From positions 50,778,001 through 50,842,000 of the forward strand of contig OX597829.1 of NCBI GenBank assembly GCA_951406725.2: 64,000 bases of DNA. Direction: 5' to 3'. The position numbers were made by a program, and so were the translations under genes. Below, piece after piece: positions 1 through 14,566 of the stretch; position 1 is the stretch's first letter; each line of letters opens with the position of its first letter. This DNA comes from Octopus vulgaris. Its lineage: Eukaryota. Under the pieces are notes generated by a model. It was not told the origin of the DNA. It made no database searches and saw nothing but the letters and a program-made list of their open reading frames with translations.

Positions 1-599
1 CTGGTGGTTTTGCTACCAAAATGGTTAAAAAGCCACATTTGAGTACTTGTGGTTGGTTTCTCTTTCACATCAAAAGATCTGTAACAGCAATCCACATTAA
101 CTAAATAGAATGTTGGGAACACAGTTAGGATCTTTTTCGCAACAGCCTATAATCCAGGATAAAGATTTGTAATTCAGTGGTGCAACCAATAATATTCTGA
201 AATTGGAGATTCGATTTTTCATTGATTTTTAATTCAAGCAATTCTTGTAATCACTTGAAAAACAAAATAAGAAATTTTGAAAGAAGTTTCTATAAAATTA
301 ATTTCTATACATAGAATGGCTATGAGGGTCTACCAGAATGAAATAGTAATCAAAGGGATTCATAAATAGAAAATGTTTGAAACCCCCTGCTTTAAATGTA
401 TGTATCGCAAGAAACAGCTAGGTTTCTTTCTCTAACATTTTACATAATTCAACCTACACAAGTTAATGTGTGAAAAGCAAAATAGGAAATTTTGAAAGAA
501 GATAAAACTAGTATTTAAACATAGAATGGCTATAGAGGTGTGTGTGCGTGCATGTGTGTGTGTGTGTGTGCGTGTGTTCACATCTGTGTATGTATGTAT

Positions 600-915
600 G
601 TATTAGAGCATTAGACTCACAATCATGAGGTATTGAGTTCGATTCCCAGAATAGGCTGTGTGTTGTGTTCTTGAGCGAGACACTTTATTTCGTGTTGCTC
701 CAGTTCACTTAGCTGTAGAAATGAGTTGTGATGTCACTGGTGCCTAGTTGTGATGTCAGCTTTTGCCTTTCCCTTGGATAACATCCATAGAGAGGGGAGG
801 CTGGTATGCATGGGTGACTGCTGGTCTTCCACAAAGCAACCTCACCCGGACTTATACCTTGGAGAGGAACTTTCTAGGTGCAATCCCATGGTCATTCATG
901 ACCAAAGGGGTCTTT
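600..915 (+). mobile_element. tRNA-derived SINE family C (tail type 1)
   Basis: B box gagttcgattccc and ttgagc.agacactttatttc core. Copies at 17318-17650(-) and 26787-27125(+). Confidence 0.8.
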
Positions 916-1089
916 ATGTATGCATGCATGCATGCATGTATGTATGTATGTATGTATGTATGTATGTATGTATGTATGTATGTATGTATGTATGTATGTA
1001 TGTATGTGTGTATGTATGTATGTATGTATGTATGTATGTATGTATGTATGTATGTATGTGTGTATATATGTATGTATGTGACAAAGTGT

Positions 1090-1665
1090 AAGTGATTTGA
1101 GAGAAAAACTGGATATATGAGGCATGAGATGTAACGTGCAAGAGAGAAGACTGCACTGGTTTGGTCATGTGATGCAGATGAATGAAGGCAGTTGCATCAA
1201 GAGGTGCTGATCTCTAATTGTGGAGGGAACATGTGGAAGGGGTAGACCAAGGAAGACATGGGACACTGGTGAGAAAGGATCTACAAATGTCAGGAGTCAC
1301 AAAGGGGATGACAGGGGACTGAGACTTATGGCAGTTTGCTGTGCTTGAGAAAACACACCAAGCTATGTAAAAGCACGGTTGCCCTTGCACCCCTCTTCAG
1401 CTGAGTGATCCTAATCATGTGGGCTCGTGAGTGCTGGTGCCACATAAAAAGCACCAGTACTGGTGCCACATGAACATACCCATGCCAGCACTGCATAGAA
1501 GCACCCAGTGCACTTGGTTAAGTGGTTGGTGTTAAGAAGGGCATCAAACTGTAGAAACCATGCCAAAATAGACATGGAACCTGAGCAGCTCCTCAGCTGA
1601 CCAGCTCCTGTGAAACCATCCAGTCTATGCTAGCATGGAAAACAGATGTCAAATGATGATGATGT
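1090..1665 (+). mobile_element. 5'-truncated RTE-clade LINE (C-terminus and 3' UTR)
   Basis: LREKL...ERRLHWFGHVMQMNEGSCIKRC*SLIVEGTCGRGRPRKTWD, followed by a (GAT)n tail. Confidence 0.8.
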
Positions 1666-1925
1666 ATGTATGCATATATGTATATATCTATCTATGTATA
1701 TAAATACACACATATATATGCATGTGTAAAGATTTGATATTTATACATGCATACACACACACACACACACACATATATCTCCTCGTTTTTTTCTGTGTAT
1801 CTTTCTGTAGAAGACCGTTGGCTCAAAACGAAAAAGACTTTTTCTATTCCTGTATGCTATACTAATACATTTGTTTGTTTGTACACCACCTGCCTTCGTC
1901 TTTTGTTTATTTTCGTAAACTTTCC

Positions 1926-1971
<46 letters not shown>

Positions 1972-1989
1972 ACACAAAATGAAGCAATG

Positions 1990-3125
1990 ACAAGATGACA
2001 GCTGAATCAGCCTGTTTGGGTTTGCATGGACAGGTATGTAAATTGCATACATTTCAAATTAAACGATGTATTTTGTGTCAGCAAGTAGAGAATCTTTCTT
2101 TTTCCATACTAAGTGTATTTGCTGACAATGCCAATATTTCTAGCTTCAACATGATGCACAACTTAAATCTGATGGTTTGTCCACTTTATTTATTGGGGAT
2201 TTTTTTTGTAACAATGCTACAATTTATAAGATTAGTCACTCCATGATTTCAACCTTGGGGATGTCAGCTGGGTACACTAGTTTCTTTTCAAGGCATCTAT
2301 TGTTGAACAGGGTCCTGAAGCTACATGATTGATCTTGATGTTACTTAAGTAAGTTTATATTTCTTTAATTTTCTTTTGTGCTTAAAGATTTGCAAATCCA
2401 TTTTAAGGTGTCAGCTATAACTTACTTTAAAATTATTTCCATTGAATATTTTGTGATACCAATGTATTTGTGGTGAGTGTCAACCAGAATGAGAAAATAT
2501 CTAGCTATGTTTGTAGCTACATTCATTCTATATAATAATGAATTTAACAATACCATAGGAGACTAATGCCTATGTATCCCACATCTAATTGCAATATAGA
2601 TGATACTTTCATTGCAAGTGTGCATTTCTGGTACATTGTTGTAACGTGGGTTAGCTTTATTGAACATGGGTCCATCTAAATGTGTTAACTCATATTTTTG
2701 ATGATCTGTTTGCTAACAGATTGAGGGTGGTTTGAGTGTCTATTTACATAAGTGGTTTCTTTGTTTGGTTTGTGGAAAAGATGATATTTAATCTGTACAT
2801 GATATGTAGGTAATTGACGGTCTTATGGTTGATGTTGACAGCAATTTTCACATTAAGTTGCATAAATATACTGGTAAGTTATTTTTGAATTAAGATATCC
2901 ATAATATATCCATTTTGTTAAGTGCCACCTCATTCCATCACCACTGTATAATCCTATATTGGACTCTTTCATTTCATTGCTTAGCTTATATAGAATAAAA
3001 AAACCAAATTAGGTCTGCAATTTCAGTCCCATTGTGGCTCTCCATTGTGACATCAAAGAGTTCCTCAACGTTTTTATCTTATAAGAATTATTGTAAAGAC
3101 AATAATTATCCAACCACGAACTGTT
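1990..3125 (-). pseudogene. Decayed Penelope-like element (PLE): RT, thumb and start of GIY-YIG endonuclease
   Basis: Minus-strand fragments with frameshifts and stops: FDVTM..H.G.EIADL (RT motif FDVTMGSxDGAE), HKIFNGNNFKVSYS (canonical LHKIFNRNTVKVSYSC) and NNRCLEKKLVYPADI (Cys linker and GIY start). Confidence 0.75.
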
Positions 3126-3227
3126 GCCAACTCATTCCTCCAAGTCATCACTAACACATACACACACATGTACATATCTACAAACATATACATATATGAG
3201 TGCACACAACACACACACACATCTCTT

Positions 3228-3330
<103 letters not shown>

Positions 3331-3619
3331 ACACACACACACATACACACACACACACACACAGAGGGGGTGAGATTCCATACAGTTTCTGTCTATCAGA
3401 TTCATTCACAAAAGCATTGGTCAGCTGATCAAGGTGCTGCATAATGGAAATGAACCTAAAACTACTTAATTGTCAAGCGAATTTATTAACCACAGAGACA
3501 AGCCTACTTTCCTTTCATATATAAATATATATATATATATAATAAAATATTAGGGAATAAATCCAAACTTACAGGGAAAAATCAGATTTAGGATTGAATC
3601 CAATTTTATAGTAAAATAT

Positions 3620-3997
3620 TATATTATATTAAATTAGAGATAAAGCCACTATTAGGCAAATCAAACAATGAAAAACTTAAGCCAATACATAAGATTAATT
3701 AATTTATATTATTTAAATATATCCAAAATATTAAAAAAGATAATTAATATAACACTACGATCGTTTCATGGCTGTCCAATTCGTAAAAATTCAAGTTACA
3801 GTCATTAAACCACCTGAAGAATGACTGTAACTCGAAATTTTAAGAATTGGACAGCCATGAAACGATCGTAGTGTTATATTAATTATCTTTTTTAATATTT
3901 TGGATATATTTAAATAATATAAATTAAATTAATCTTATGTATTGGCTTAAGTTTTTCATTGTATGATTTGCCTAATAGTGGTTTTATCTCTAATTTA

Positions 3998-4007
<10 letters not shown>
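3620..4007. repeat. ~187-bp-arm inverted repeat (PLE pseudo-LTR-like)
   Basis: 3620-3806 is the near-perfect reverse complement of 3820-4007. The 13-nt spacer carries the start of the HHR core. Flanked by (TA)n. Confidence 0.9.
3808..3875 (+). ncRNA. Minimal type I hammerhead ribozyme in a PLE-like inverted repeat
   Basis: aaccac CTGAAGA atgactgt..acagccat GAAAC gatc GT A gtgtt. Core intact, stem II atgactgt/acagccat, palindromic stem III acgatcgt, GUA cleavage site. Confidence 0.75.
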
Positions 4008-4062
<55 letters not shown>

Positions 4063-4169
4063 CAAATGACCCTTATAAGAATTAATTCATTAAATGGAGT
4101 TTTAAAAAAATTAAAGTAAACGAAGCAGATTTTGATGTTAATGGTGGATTTTTCATTTATTCAACAATT

Positions 4170-4269
4170 ATCCCAGACAGCTGTTTCTGTCAATAAAAGA
4201 CCAAGATATCAACAAAACAAATAATGCATATTATTATCATATAAAGTTTTTTTGTACTCATCAGTGGAT
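4170..4269 (-). ncRNA. Type I hammerhead ribozyme with long loop II
   Basis: Minus strand: atcca CTGATGA gtacaaaaaaa...ttttattgaca GAAAC agct GT C tgggat. Palindromic stem III acagctgt, GUC site. Confidence 0.7.
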
Positions 4270-4476
4270 TATAATTAAAAATTAACACAATAAGAAATTT
4301 TGCTTCATCTCATTTTATTTGATGACATTTATTGAAATCTGTTTAATGAATTAATTCTTATAACGATCATTTGCATATGTATATAATCATAGGAATATGA
4401 TAAGAAATTTGTAAATAACGTATGATGAAAGACACTAGAAACCCAGGGAGAGAAAGTAAATTTTAATCCAGATAAG

Positions 4477-4520
<44 letters not shown>

Positions 4521-4579
4521 TACACACACATACACACACACACACTCATTTAGTAGAATCATACTATACTGTGCTTAAT

Positions 4580-5455
4580 GTAGGTGGTGGTGGTGGTGGT
4601 GGCAAAAGTGACAACAACCATGGTGACACGAAGGATGATGATGATGATGGTGATGGTGATGGTGATGATGGTGGTGGTGGTGGTGGCAGTGGTGGTGGCA
4701 GTGGTGGTGGTGGTGGTGATGGCAATGGTGATAATGAAGTTGATGATGATGATGGTGGTGATGATGATGATGGTGGTAGTGGTGGTGGCAGTGGTGGTGA
4801 TGGTGGTGATAGCGATGGCGGTGTTGAAGTTGATGATCCCCCTCCTCCTCATTCTCCCACCACCCTGCCATGCTACCCTACCAATACTGCTTGCATTGCA
4901 ATCACCATTGCCATCAACTGTCATCAGCCGTCATCGTTGTTGCTGGCATTATAATCTTCATCATCAATGTTGTCATCATTGTCATCATTATCACTGTCAC
5001 CATCACCATCATCATAATCATCACCATCATCATAATCATCACCATCGTCATCATTATATTGTCATTATCATCATCATCTTCATCGCCATCCTCATCATTA
5101 CCATCGTCATCATTATATTGTCATCACTATCATCATCATCACCATCGTCATCATTATATTGTCATCATCATCATCATCATCATCTTCATCACCATCATTG
5201 ACATCATTATCATCACCATCGTCATCATTATATTGTCATCATCATCATCATCATCATCATCTTCATCACCATCATTGACATCATTATCATCACCATCATC
5301 ATCATTATATTGTCATCATCATTATATTGTCATCATCATCTTCATCATCATCACCATCATTGCCATCGTTATCATTACCATCATCATAATCATCATCGTC
5401 GTCAGCATCTCTATCAGTGTCATCGTTGTCATCATCATCAATGTCATCATTCTTC
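4580..5455. repeat. Compound trinucleotide repeats (GGT/GAT then CAT)
   Basis: Seen directly. Source of the poly-H/I/V/M pseudo-ORFs. Confidence 0.95.
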
Positions 5456-5780
5456 ATTCATTAATTCAAACCAAAACAACCACACACAAAAAACAAAACA
5501 AAAGTACAACAACAACAACAACAACAACAGCACGCCCCCACCTTGCCATTCTCCATTCCTACCCCACCTTCCACGTCCCATCAAACACAGTCACCCCACT
5601 TCCACCGACACCTACAGTCCCCGTACCCCCACCCCCGGCCACACCCAGCTTCTCAAACCCAAAAGGCAGATGGGCGCGGGTGGGGGGTGGGGGTGGGGGA
5701 TTGTGTACTACCCCCACATGTGGCACAGGCGCAGAAAGCCTTCTGCTTGTCAAGGACTGTTATGACTGCATGTGTGTGTA

Positions 5781-5814
<34 letters not shown>

Positions 5815-6195
5815 TGAGTGTGTGCATTATTGAGAAGATAGGAGCAGGGTAGGGCCACCCCACACACCCCCAAGGGTATCTGTATGGGTGTTGTGTACAC
5901 AATAGACATAGTTATGTTCCGTAGGTGGGGGGGGGGCAGGAGTGGAAGCTTTATGTTGTATAACAGTTATTTATGTGTAACAGATCTGTTTTTTTGTCTT
6001 GTGTATGTATGTACGTACTTCACACAGCCGCATGTGTGTGCTTATGTGTGTTTTGTGTGGTGTGTGTGTGTGTGTAGGGGGGGGTGGATGTATGTATTTG
6101 GTGTGTATTTTGTGTGTCTGTAGGGCTTTTCTTTTTTTTGTTTTTTTTCGCTGTTGTGTATATATATACATGTGTTTATGTAACAAGTACTAGTA

Positions 6196-6234
<39 letters not shown>

Positions 6235-6516
6235 ATGTATGCGCATGTGTGTGTGGGTTTGTGTTTACAAGGGTGACGGTTATATCCACAGTGTGATGTT
6301 GCTTAGGGAGATACGTTTGTGTGTCAATCGGTGATGGTGAGGGTGGGGTCGGGGTCGGAGGAGGGAATTGTGCACAGGGGAAGCGTATGTGTGTGTGTAT
6401 AAGTATGCATGCGTACATGTGTGTGAGTATGTGTATATGTGTATGTGCATGGATTATTTATCTTTATCTCTCTCTCTATCTATCAATCTATGTATATACA
6501 TACACATATATATACA

Positions 6517-6547
<31 letters not shown>

Positions 6548-6553
6548 TATGTA

Positions 6554-6594
<41 letters not shown>

Positions 6595-6645
6595 GTGTGT
6601 GTATATATATATATATATATACATATGTGCATGTGTGTGTGTCTG

Positions 6646-6677
<32 letters not shown>

Positions 6678-6693
6678 TGTATATATATATACA

Positions 6694-6725
<32 letters not shown>

Positions 6726-8519
6726 CATATATGTATGTGTGTGTGTGTGTGCAATCTGTATATATACACACACACACACACATATCTAGGTCATATGAGT
6801 TTTGTTGGCAGCAAAGGGTTGATTTCTCTGTTTCCCCCTTTCTTTCCCACCTCTCTTGCCCCTTTCCCTCTCTCTCCCCTTCTCAGTTTCTTTCAGTCTC
6901 TCTCTACTCCCACTACCACCCACCACCACCACCACCACCATCACCAATGGAGTGGATTGGTAGAATCCTCTGGAGCCCAGAGCCCCGAGAACATGATGCC
7001 TTGCCCTATTTAGTTACCTCTGTTTACTTTCCTTTCCAACTTCAAACTGTATCAAGGTCAACTTTACCTTTCTTTTCACTGAAGACGTGTGTGTGAAGGG
7101 GTTGATGAGGCGGGAAGGGTGGAGGAGGTTCAATAGAATTAAAAGCCTTTCTTGTATTGCACTGTCAGCAGACAGAATCTCGTTACCATGCCAACAAAAT
7201 GCTTAGCAGCATTTCGTTCGTCTTTTACATTCTGAGTTCAAATTCCACCGAGGTCAATTTTGCCTTTCATCCTTTCAAGGTCGATAAAATAAGTACCAGT
7301 TGTATACTGGGGTTGATGTAATTGACTTATCTCCTACCCCTAAAATAATGTCCAAATAGCACTTACTTTATAAAAATCCTGAAAGGATGAAAAGCAAAGC
7401 CAGCCTCTGTGGAAGTTGAACTCAGAACTTAAATACCAAAAAGCATTTCTCCCTGGATGCAAATGATTCTAACAGCTGACTTCCTTTATAAATGTTATTC
7501 TTCATTGCCTCTATTTATTATAAATAGTGCCAGAGGAATGTAAAAAGCACCTTTTGAGCACTGGGCCTCATGGAGACAATGACAAATGTCTGTGACCATT
7601 GGCACTAAGCCGTGCTTGAGAAGAAGACCCATCAAGTGAAGTGAAATCGTAGTCATGGCAAACGCTGGCGTCACACAACTGGCACCTGTGCCAGTGACAC
7701 GTAAAAGCACCCATTACACTCTGTAAAGTGGTTGGCGTTAGGAATGGCATCCAGCCGTAGAAACCATGCCAAATCAGACTGTAGTCTGGTGCAGCCTCTC
7801 GGCTTGACATGCCCTGATCAAACCATCCAGCCCATGCCAGCATGGACAACAGACATTAAATGATGATGATGATGGTGATGGTGATGATGATGATGATGAT
7901 GATGCTGATGATGCTGATGATAATGATGAGGAAAATAATGAAATGATATATGGTTAGTAGGAAGAGCAGGATATAAAAGTAAAAAAGAAATATCAGAGAT
8001 AGAATGTATTCCTTTATTCTTTTACTTGTTTCAGTCTTTTTGGACTGTGGCCATGCTGGAGCACCACCTTTAGTCGAACAATTTGACCCCAGGATTTATT
8101 CTTTGTAAGCATAGTACTCGTTCTATCGGTCTCTTTTGCCAAACTGCTAAATTACGGGGACATAAACACACCAACATTGGTTGTCAAGCGATGGTGGGGG
8201 GACAAATGCAGACACACACACACACACATGTACAACAGGCTTCTTTTAGTTTCTGTCTACCAAATCCACTGACAAGGCTTTGGTCGGTCTGAGGCTATAG
8301 TAGAAGACACTTGCCCAAGGTGCCACGCAGTGGGACTGAACCTGGAACCATGTGGTTGGGAAGCAAGCTTCTTACCACAATAGTTTAGTGATGAAGAGGG
8401 AACAGTCAGTCAGTCAGTGGCCTTCAGAAACCCTCGAAACCTGGTGAGATGTGTGAGATGCATAAGATCTGTGTAGCTTTTATCATTAGTATATTGATAA
8501 ACACTGTATGCCTTGTTTT

Positions 8520-8980
8520 AGATCGAAGATGTTTGGATCTAACAACCAAAATGGATAGGCATATATTGAGGTGGTTTGACCGCATGGATAAGATGGATGA
8601 GGAGCAGATGATAAGGAGGGTGATGAAGGCTGAAGTGGTAGGAAGCAGAACCAGAGGCAGACCTCGGTTTATGGGTATGAATGGAGCAAGGAAAGCTTTG
8701 GTGTTTAGAGGTATTGAAGTGAGAGAGGCAAGAGAGTTTATAAATGCTAGGAAAGCTTGGAGGGTGTTTGGGGATGGATGAGTGAATTTTGATGTTTCTC
8801 AAAGGGGTATGAAACCAACATGATGCAGCGGGGGTAAACCAGGATATGCTGTTGGGCCCTGCTGCTGATATTGGGAGTTGCATTCTATGCCTTGACCCAA
8901 GCATAACATAGGGCTCGCCCCTTTGAGCTGAGAAATGAATGGAATGCCTAGTGTGTGTCTTGTGGTTACCCACTCCTAAA
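8520..8980 (+). mobile_element. RTE-clade LINE C-terminal fragment (second family)
   Basis: ORF 8449-8781 contains LRWFDRMDKMDEEQMIRRVMKAEVVGSRTRGRPR...WR. Confidence 0.7.
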
Positions 8981-9224
8981 ACAATAGGGAATAGGTCTAG
9001 CTATATATAAAAAAAAATGTTAGGGTGTGCAGCAGCACAGTTTCAGCTGTGAGGGTAATACTCACTTGTGGCTCTGTCAAGAACTTTCCCCAGAATGTCT
9101 GAAGTTGTTCAGAGTTTGACTATTTCCTAAACAAGCTGGGGAGGATCATTAGTCTTTGAGGTGCTTTTTTTTTCTCTCTGCGTCACGTACAGAGTGTTCT
9201 CCAAATATGTATGCAAACTCCTTG

Positions 9225-10186
9225 TGAGAATAAGATTAGGCTGGGCAAAGTTCAGAGAGCTCCTATCCCTGCTGGCAACAAAGGGCCTCTCTCTCTCAGA
9301 GTGAAAGGCAAATAATATGATGCCTGTGTGCGAACAGCTATGCTGCATGACAGTGAAACATGAGCTGTGACAACCAAGGACATGTGTAGGCTTGAGAGAA
9401 ATGAAGCCAGTATGCTTCGCTAGATGTGTAATATCAGTGTGCATGTTTGACAGATTGTAAGGATCTTGAAAGAAAAGTTGGACTTAAGAAGCATCAGTTG
9501 TGGTGTGCAAGTGAAACAACTGCACTGGTATGGTCATGTGATGTGTATGGATGAGGACAGCTGTGTAAAGTAGTGCCAATCTCTAACTGTGAATGGAACC
9601 TTTGGTAGAAGTAGACTCAGGAAAACATGAGATGAAGTGGTGAAGCATGATCTTTGAACTTTGAGCCTCACAGAGGCAATGACTAGTGACCAAGACCTTT
9701 GGCGATGTGCTGTGCTTGAGAGGACACATGCTGGTGGCACATAAAGAACATTCTTTGAAAGTTGGGCCTCTTGTAGGCAAAGTGGCTAAGTTCCTTACAA
9801 GCGTTGGGCCTTGCAGAGACAAAGTGGCTGAGTTCCTTTCGAATGTTGGGCCTCACAGAGGCAATGACCAAGACCATTGGTATTATGTTGTGCTTGAGAA
9901 GAAGACTCATCAAGCCAAGCAAAGTCACAATCATGACAGATACTGGTGTCACGCAAATTGGCACCCATCCCAGTGGCATGTAAACACATCCCAGTGTCAC
10001 ACAAATGGCACCCATGTCGGTGGCACATAAAAGCACCCTTTACATTCTTGGAGTAGTTGGCATTAGGAAGGACATCCAACTGTAGAAAATCATGCCAAAT
10101 CAGACTGGAGTCTGGCGCAGCCTTCAAGCGTACCAGCCCAGTCAAACTGTCCAACACATGCAAGCATGAACAACAGACGTTAAATA

Positions 10187-10218
<32 letters not shown>

Positions 10219-10220
10219 AT
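9225..10220 (+). mobile_element. 5'-truncated RTE-clade LINE
   Basis: RIRLGWAKFRELLSLLATKGLSLRVKG...LERNEASMLR...LHWYGHVM. The 3' UTR ends gacgttaaataatgat(gat)n. Confidence 0.8.
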
Positions 10221-10268
10221 GATGATTAACACAATGCCCTTTAAGGTATGTCTAAAGATTATAATTAA

Positions 10269-10478
10269 TCCTTTAGCATTTAAACTGGTTAATATATCTG
10301 GCCAAAATATTTCACCTGCTTTATGTTCAAACTGGCTGGATTTGTTCTCTCACACCTACCCTACAATGTCATTCTAAAACTAAACAATCACATCAAAATT
10401 TTGAAGCTTCAAGACAATTCATGATTTATTCAAAAAATAAGCATTACATTTGGCAGGATAATCTGAATGTCATAGAGT
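10269..10478. mobile_element. Degenerate TTAA-type MITE
   Basis: ttaa tcctttagcatt ... aatgtcatagagttgaa, with degenerate TIRs. Confidence 0.45.
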
Positions 10479-10749
10479 TGAATGTGTAAGTGTTTTGAAG
10501 TATCACAGGCATTTGAACTGATGCCCATTCTGGTCAGATATAGCTGATAATGTAGGTTAATGGAATTGCAACATCACAAATCATTTCAAATGGTAGTATT
10601 TTTTTTTCTGTGGCTATATTCATTTCATTAACTGCTGCTTATTGTTTCTTTGGGGTTTTTTTTTTTTGCATAATAAATTGTATTTGTTTATCAGCCCTTG
10701 TAAAAAAAAAGAAAAGAAAAGAAATCTATAAGTATAAAATTTAGTAAAT

Positions 10750-11450
10750 ACAGTGGTCATTCAATGATACCTCTTTGTCCAATCCACTTGTTTGGCTGGT
10801 TTCCATCAAGCAGGCCATCTTATCATGATGGTGATCAGGACACATAACATTTTGCTTAGAATAAATCTCCTCTTCAATATGTTAGCACCATAGATTCCAA
10901 CAGGAAGTTGAAATAAACAGCACAGGCACCATTGGGGTTCAATTAAGCCCCAAACTGACAAACCCACAAATGACACTGCAGCCCTTGATTAGATCACAGG
11001 ACATCACTTCTTAACAGATTCTTAGTAACCCAGTTGCTGCATAAGGAGTATTTGATTGAGCCATTTAGCTAAAATAGTCTCGTCTTTTCAGATAGTTGCT
11101 TTTGCAAACATAGTGTACTCTATTCCCTTTCCTTAAGTATTTCACACAAAATTCAATGCTTCGGTCAGAATCACCTTCAATAAAGACCTGTGTTAATCAT
11201 GGAACAAAACTATTCCAATTGACTCACTTCAAAATGAAATGCCTGTCTAACCAACCACTTGCATAAAAAGATTTTCTTGAAGACTGATCTTAAGTTTCCA
11301 CCAGAATTTCTTCTCTCATGGCACTCACAGATGTTTGCGATCTTCCATAATGACATGTGCAAATGTCTTGAACAGTTTCTGCTATTTCAAATTTAATTTC
11401 TAATGTTAGCAAAGGGAACACCATGTTGGTGGATCTGTTTGAAGGATCAT
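10750..11450 (-). pseudogene. Decayed Tc1/mariner-superfamily transposase (DD41D rosa/maT-like)
   Basis: Minus strand PNKWIGQRGIIE*P matches the WIGRxGxxxWPPRSPDL motif. Upstream remnants are frameshifted. Confidence 0.55.
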
Positions 11451-13880
11451 TCCAATAAATCTATGCACTTTGGCTGTCTTTTATTCTTTTACTTGTTTCA
11501 GTCATTTGATTGTGGCCATGGTGGAGCACTGCTTTGAAGAATGTTAATCAAATGAATTGATTCCAGTACTTTGTTTGCTTAAGCCTGGTACCTATTCTAT
11601 CAGCTTCTTTTGCCAAATTGCTAATATTATAGGGACATAAATACACCAACACCGATTGTCAAGTAGTGGTGGAGAACAAACACAAACAGAAAAACACACA
11701 CATATGCATGCGCACACACATTATATATATATAATTTTCTGTCTACCAAATCCACTCACAAGGCTTTGGTTAGCCTGTGGCCATAGTTAAAAGCACTTGC
11801 CCAAGGTGTCATTCATTGAGACTGAACCCAGAACCATGTGGTTGGGAAGCAAACTTCTTACCATACAGCCACACATGTGCATACTTCTAGTGGAAATATT
11901 TAGTGTTCTTTTATTTGTTTGTTATTTTGACTGTGGCCCTGCTGGAGCACCACCTTTAATCGAACAAATCAACTCCAGGACTCATTCTTTGTAAGTCTAG
12001 TACTTATTCCATTGGTCTCTTTTGCCAAACGGCTAAGTTATGGAGATGTAAACACACCAACATCAGTTGTCAAGCAATGGTGGGGGTACAAACACAAACA
12101 CTAACATATACATATATATATGCGACGGGCTTCTTTCAGTTTCAATCTACCAAATTCACTCACAAGGCTTTGGTCAGCCCGAGGCTAGAGCAGAAGACAC
12201 TTGCCCAAGGTGTCATGCAGTGGGATTGAACCTGGAATTATGTGTTTGGGAAGATAACTTCTTACCACACAACCGCACCTACGCCTATGTTATTGAATTA
12301 TATGCAGTAAAGTAGTGCGTCTTTTGTTTTTAGGGACAACCTGTATATGTGAAGTGCGTGATCTTAGGGACAGTATGTTGTACTTATAATCGTGAGATCA
12401 TGATTTTGATTCTTTGACTAAGCAGTAGATAAACTAATATAGAAAACTTTGTTATTGTTGCTTGACCTGTAATAAATAGTAGCCAAATCACCTGCGATCA
12501 TCTTCGAAAAAAAGAAAAAAAATAGAAGTGCACATTGGATAATGTGATTCTAGATAATGCTTTGATGGCCACAGCCTGAACATCTTTGTTCATAAACCTA
12601 CGAAATCAGAGCTGATCTCAAGCTAGACAACAACCACACAGCCAACTACTATTATTATCACCACCACCATCCCCACTACTACCGCCAACAACAACAACAG
12701 AAACAAACAGTAATAACACCACCATCACCACTGGCACTAAAACAACCATGAACACTGCCACTACCATCACCACCACCGCCACCACTAGCATCACCACTTC
12801 CAATAGCAACACCAATGTCAGCACCAGCACTACTACTCCAACACCACCACAAACAGCATCCCATCACCAACAACATCAATGGAAATTTAGTCCCTTTTTT
12901 TTTTCACTTCTCTGCAAGATCTAAAAATATTGAAGAATTTTTGCATTGTGAAATATATCCAATGTTCTAAAGAGATTCTTCCCTTCAACTAGAAGTAAAG
13001 GAAGGCAAAACTGTTGTTGTTGCTGTTGTTGTTATTATTGGTCTGGCACACAGTCCTGAAACATTAGACTTTCCATGACTCACATCAATCAAACTTACCA
13101 AACATCCTACAGGCTTTCTTGGAATACTTCATGGCTGACAGAGGTCCTTACCTTTTACCTCAGATTACTGCCGTTACAGATCACACCGTGATATCACTTT
13201 ACAAGTTCTTCCATTGATGGGGTTTTTATTTTTGTCTTTCTTTTTTGTCACGTTATTATAGAATAGCTGTTATTTTATTTTAGCAGCACAAAAACAAAAA
13301 GTTATACATTTCCCTAGTAATTTATGTTAAATATATATATATATATAAGCAAGAAGTTGAGGTTATAAGAGGTAATGGTGTCATTGAGACCCAAAGGTGT
13401 CAGGTAATGCTGAATAAGCGCTATAGATAGACCATAGTTAAGTTCCAGGTTCGGTGATTATGCGAATAAGGGGTTCAACATTGGTCATATGTCAGTGTGT
13501 GTATATTTTTTTTTCATAATGAGATAAAAAACCAAGGCTGTGTAGATTTTAGAACATTTATATATAAATGTTCTAAAATCTGCACAGCTTTGGTTTTTTT
13601 ATCTCATTAAGAAAAGAATTTTATATCGGTGCCCCAGCATACAGCTCATAAGCTGAAACTAGAATCAATCAATCAATCATATATACATATATTGTTATAT
13701 TTCGGAATGGTCATTTTGCCAGTTTAGCCAATAAAAACACACACACTATATATTTGGTGTTATTTTGCTTCAGTGTTATTTATTTTTTACATTAATCTTA
13801 ATTGGCTAAACTGGCAAAATGACCATTCCGAAATATAACAATATCTGTTACAACACACGACTTCACATAAAAAATCTTGC

Positions 13881-13929
<49 letters not shown>

Positions 13930-14154
13930 TATAATTTAGAACAAACAGTAAAAGGTTGTCATTATAATACTCTGAGTTTCAAATGTCGGAGCAGAGAGCT
14001 ACGATGCATTCTCACCGGTGATTAATGGCAACAGATGCTATGAAAAAAAATACCATTGGATAAAAGGGAAGTTACTCTAATAGGTAGAAAAAGAAAAATG
14101 AAAAAAGATTTTTAAAAAATTACACGCAACCATATTCACACAATTAAAAAAAAA

Positions 14155-14478
14155 AGGAGCACTCTGTCGGTTACAATGAAGTGGGTCCCAGCTGATACGA
14201 TCAACGGAACAGCCTGCTCATGAAATTAATGTGCAAGTGGTTGAGCAATCCACAGATACGTGTACCCCTAACGTAGTTCTCAGGGAGATTCAGTGTAGCA
14301 CAGAGTGTGACAAGGCCAGCCCTTTGAAACACAGATACTACTCATTTTTGCCAGCTGAGAGGACTGGAGCAACATGAAATAAAGTGTCTTGCTCAAGGAC
14401 ACATCACTTCGCCGGGAATTGAAATCACGACCTTACAATCATGAGCCAAATGCCCTAACCACTAAGCCATGCACCTTC
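14155..14478 (-). mobile_element. tRNA-derived SINE family C (tail type 2)
   Basis: Same head and core with a different 3' half (ctgaatctccctgagaactacgtt..). Copies at 40738-40809 plus 41527-41760, 42836-43060 and 43146-43375. Confidence 0.8.
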
Positions 14479-14566
14479 TCACAATACATAGACATAAAGC
14501 TCTGCTCCGACATTTGAAACTCTGAGTATTATAATGACAACATTTTGCTGTTTGTTCTAAATTATA

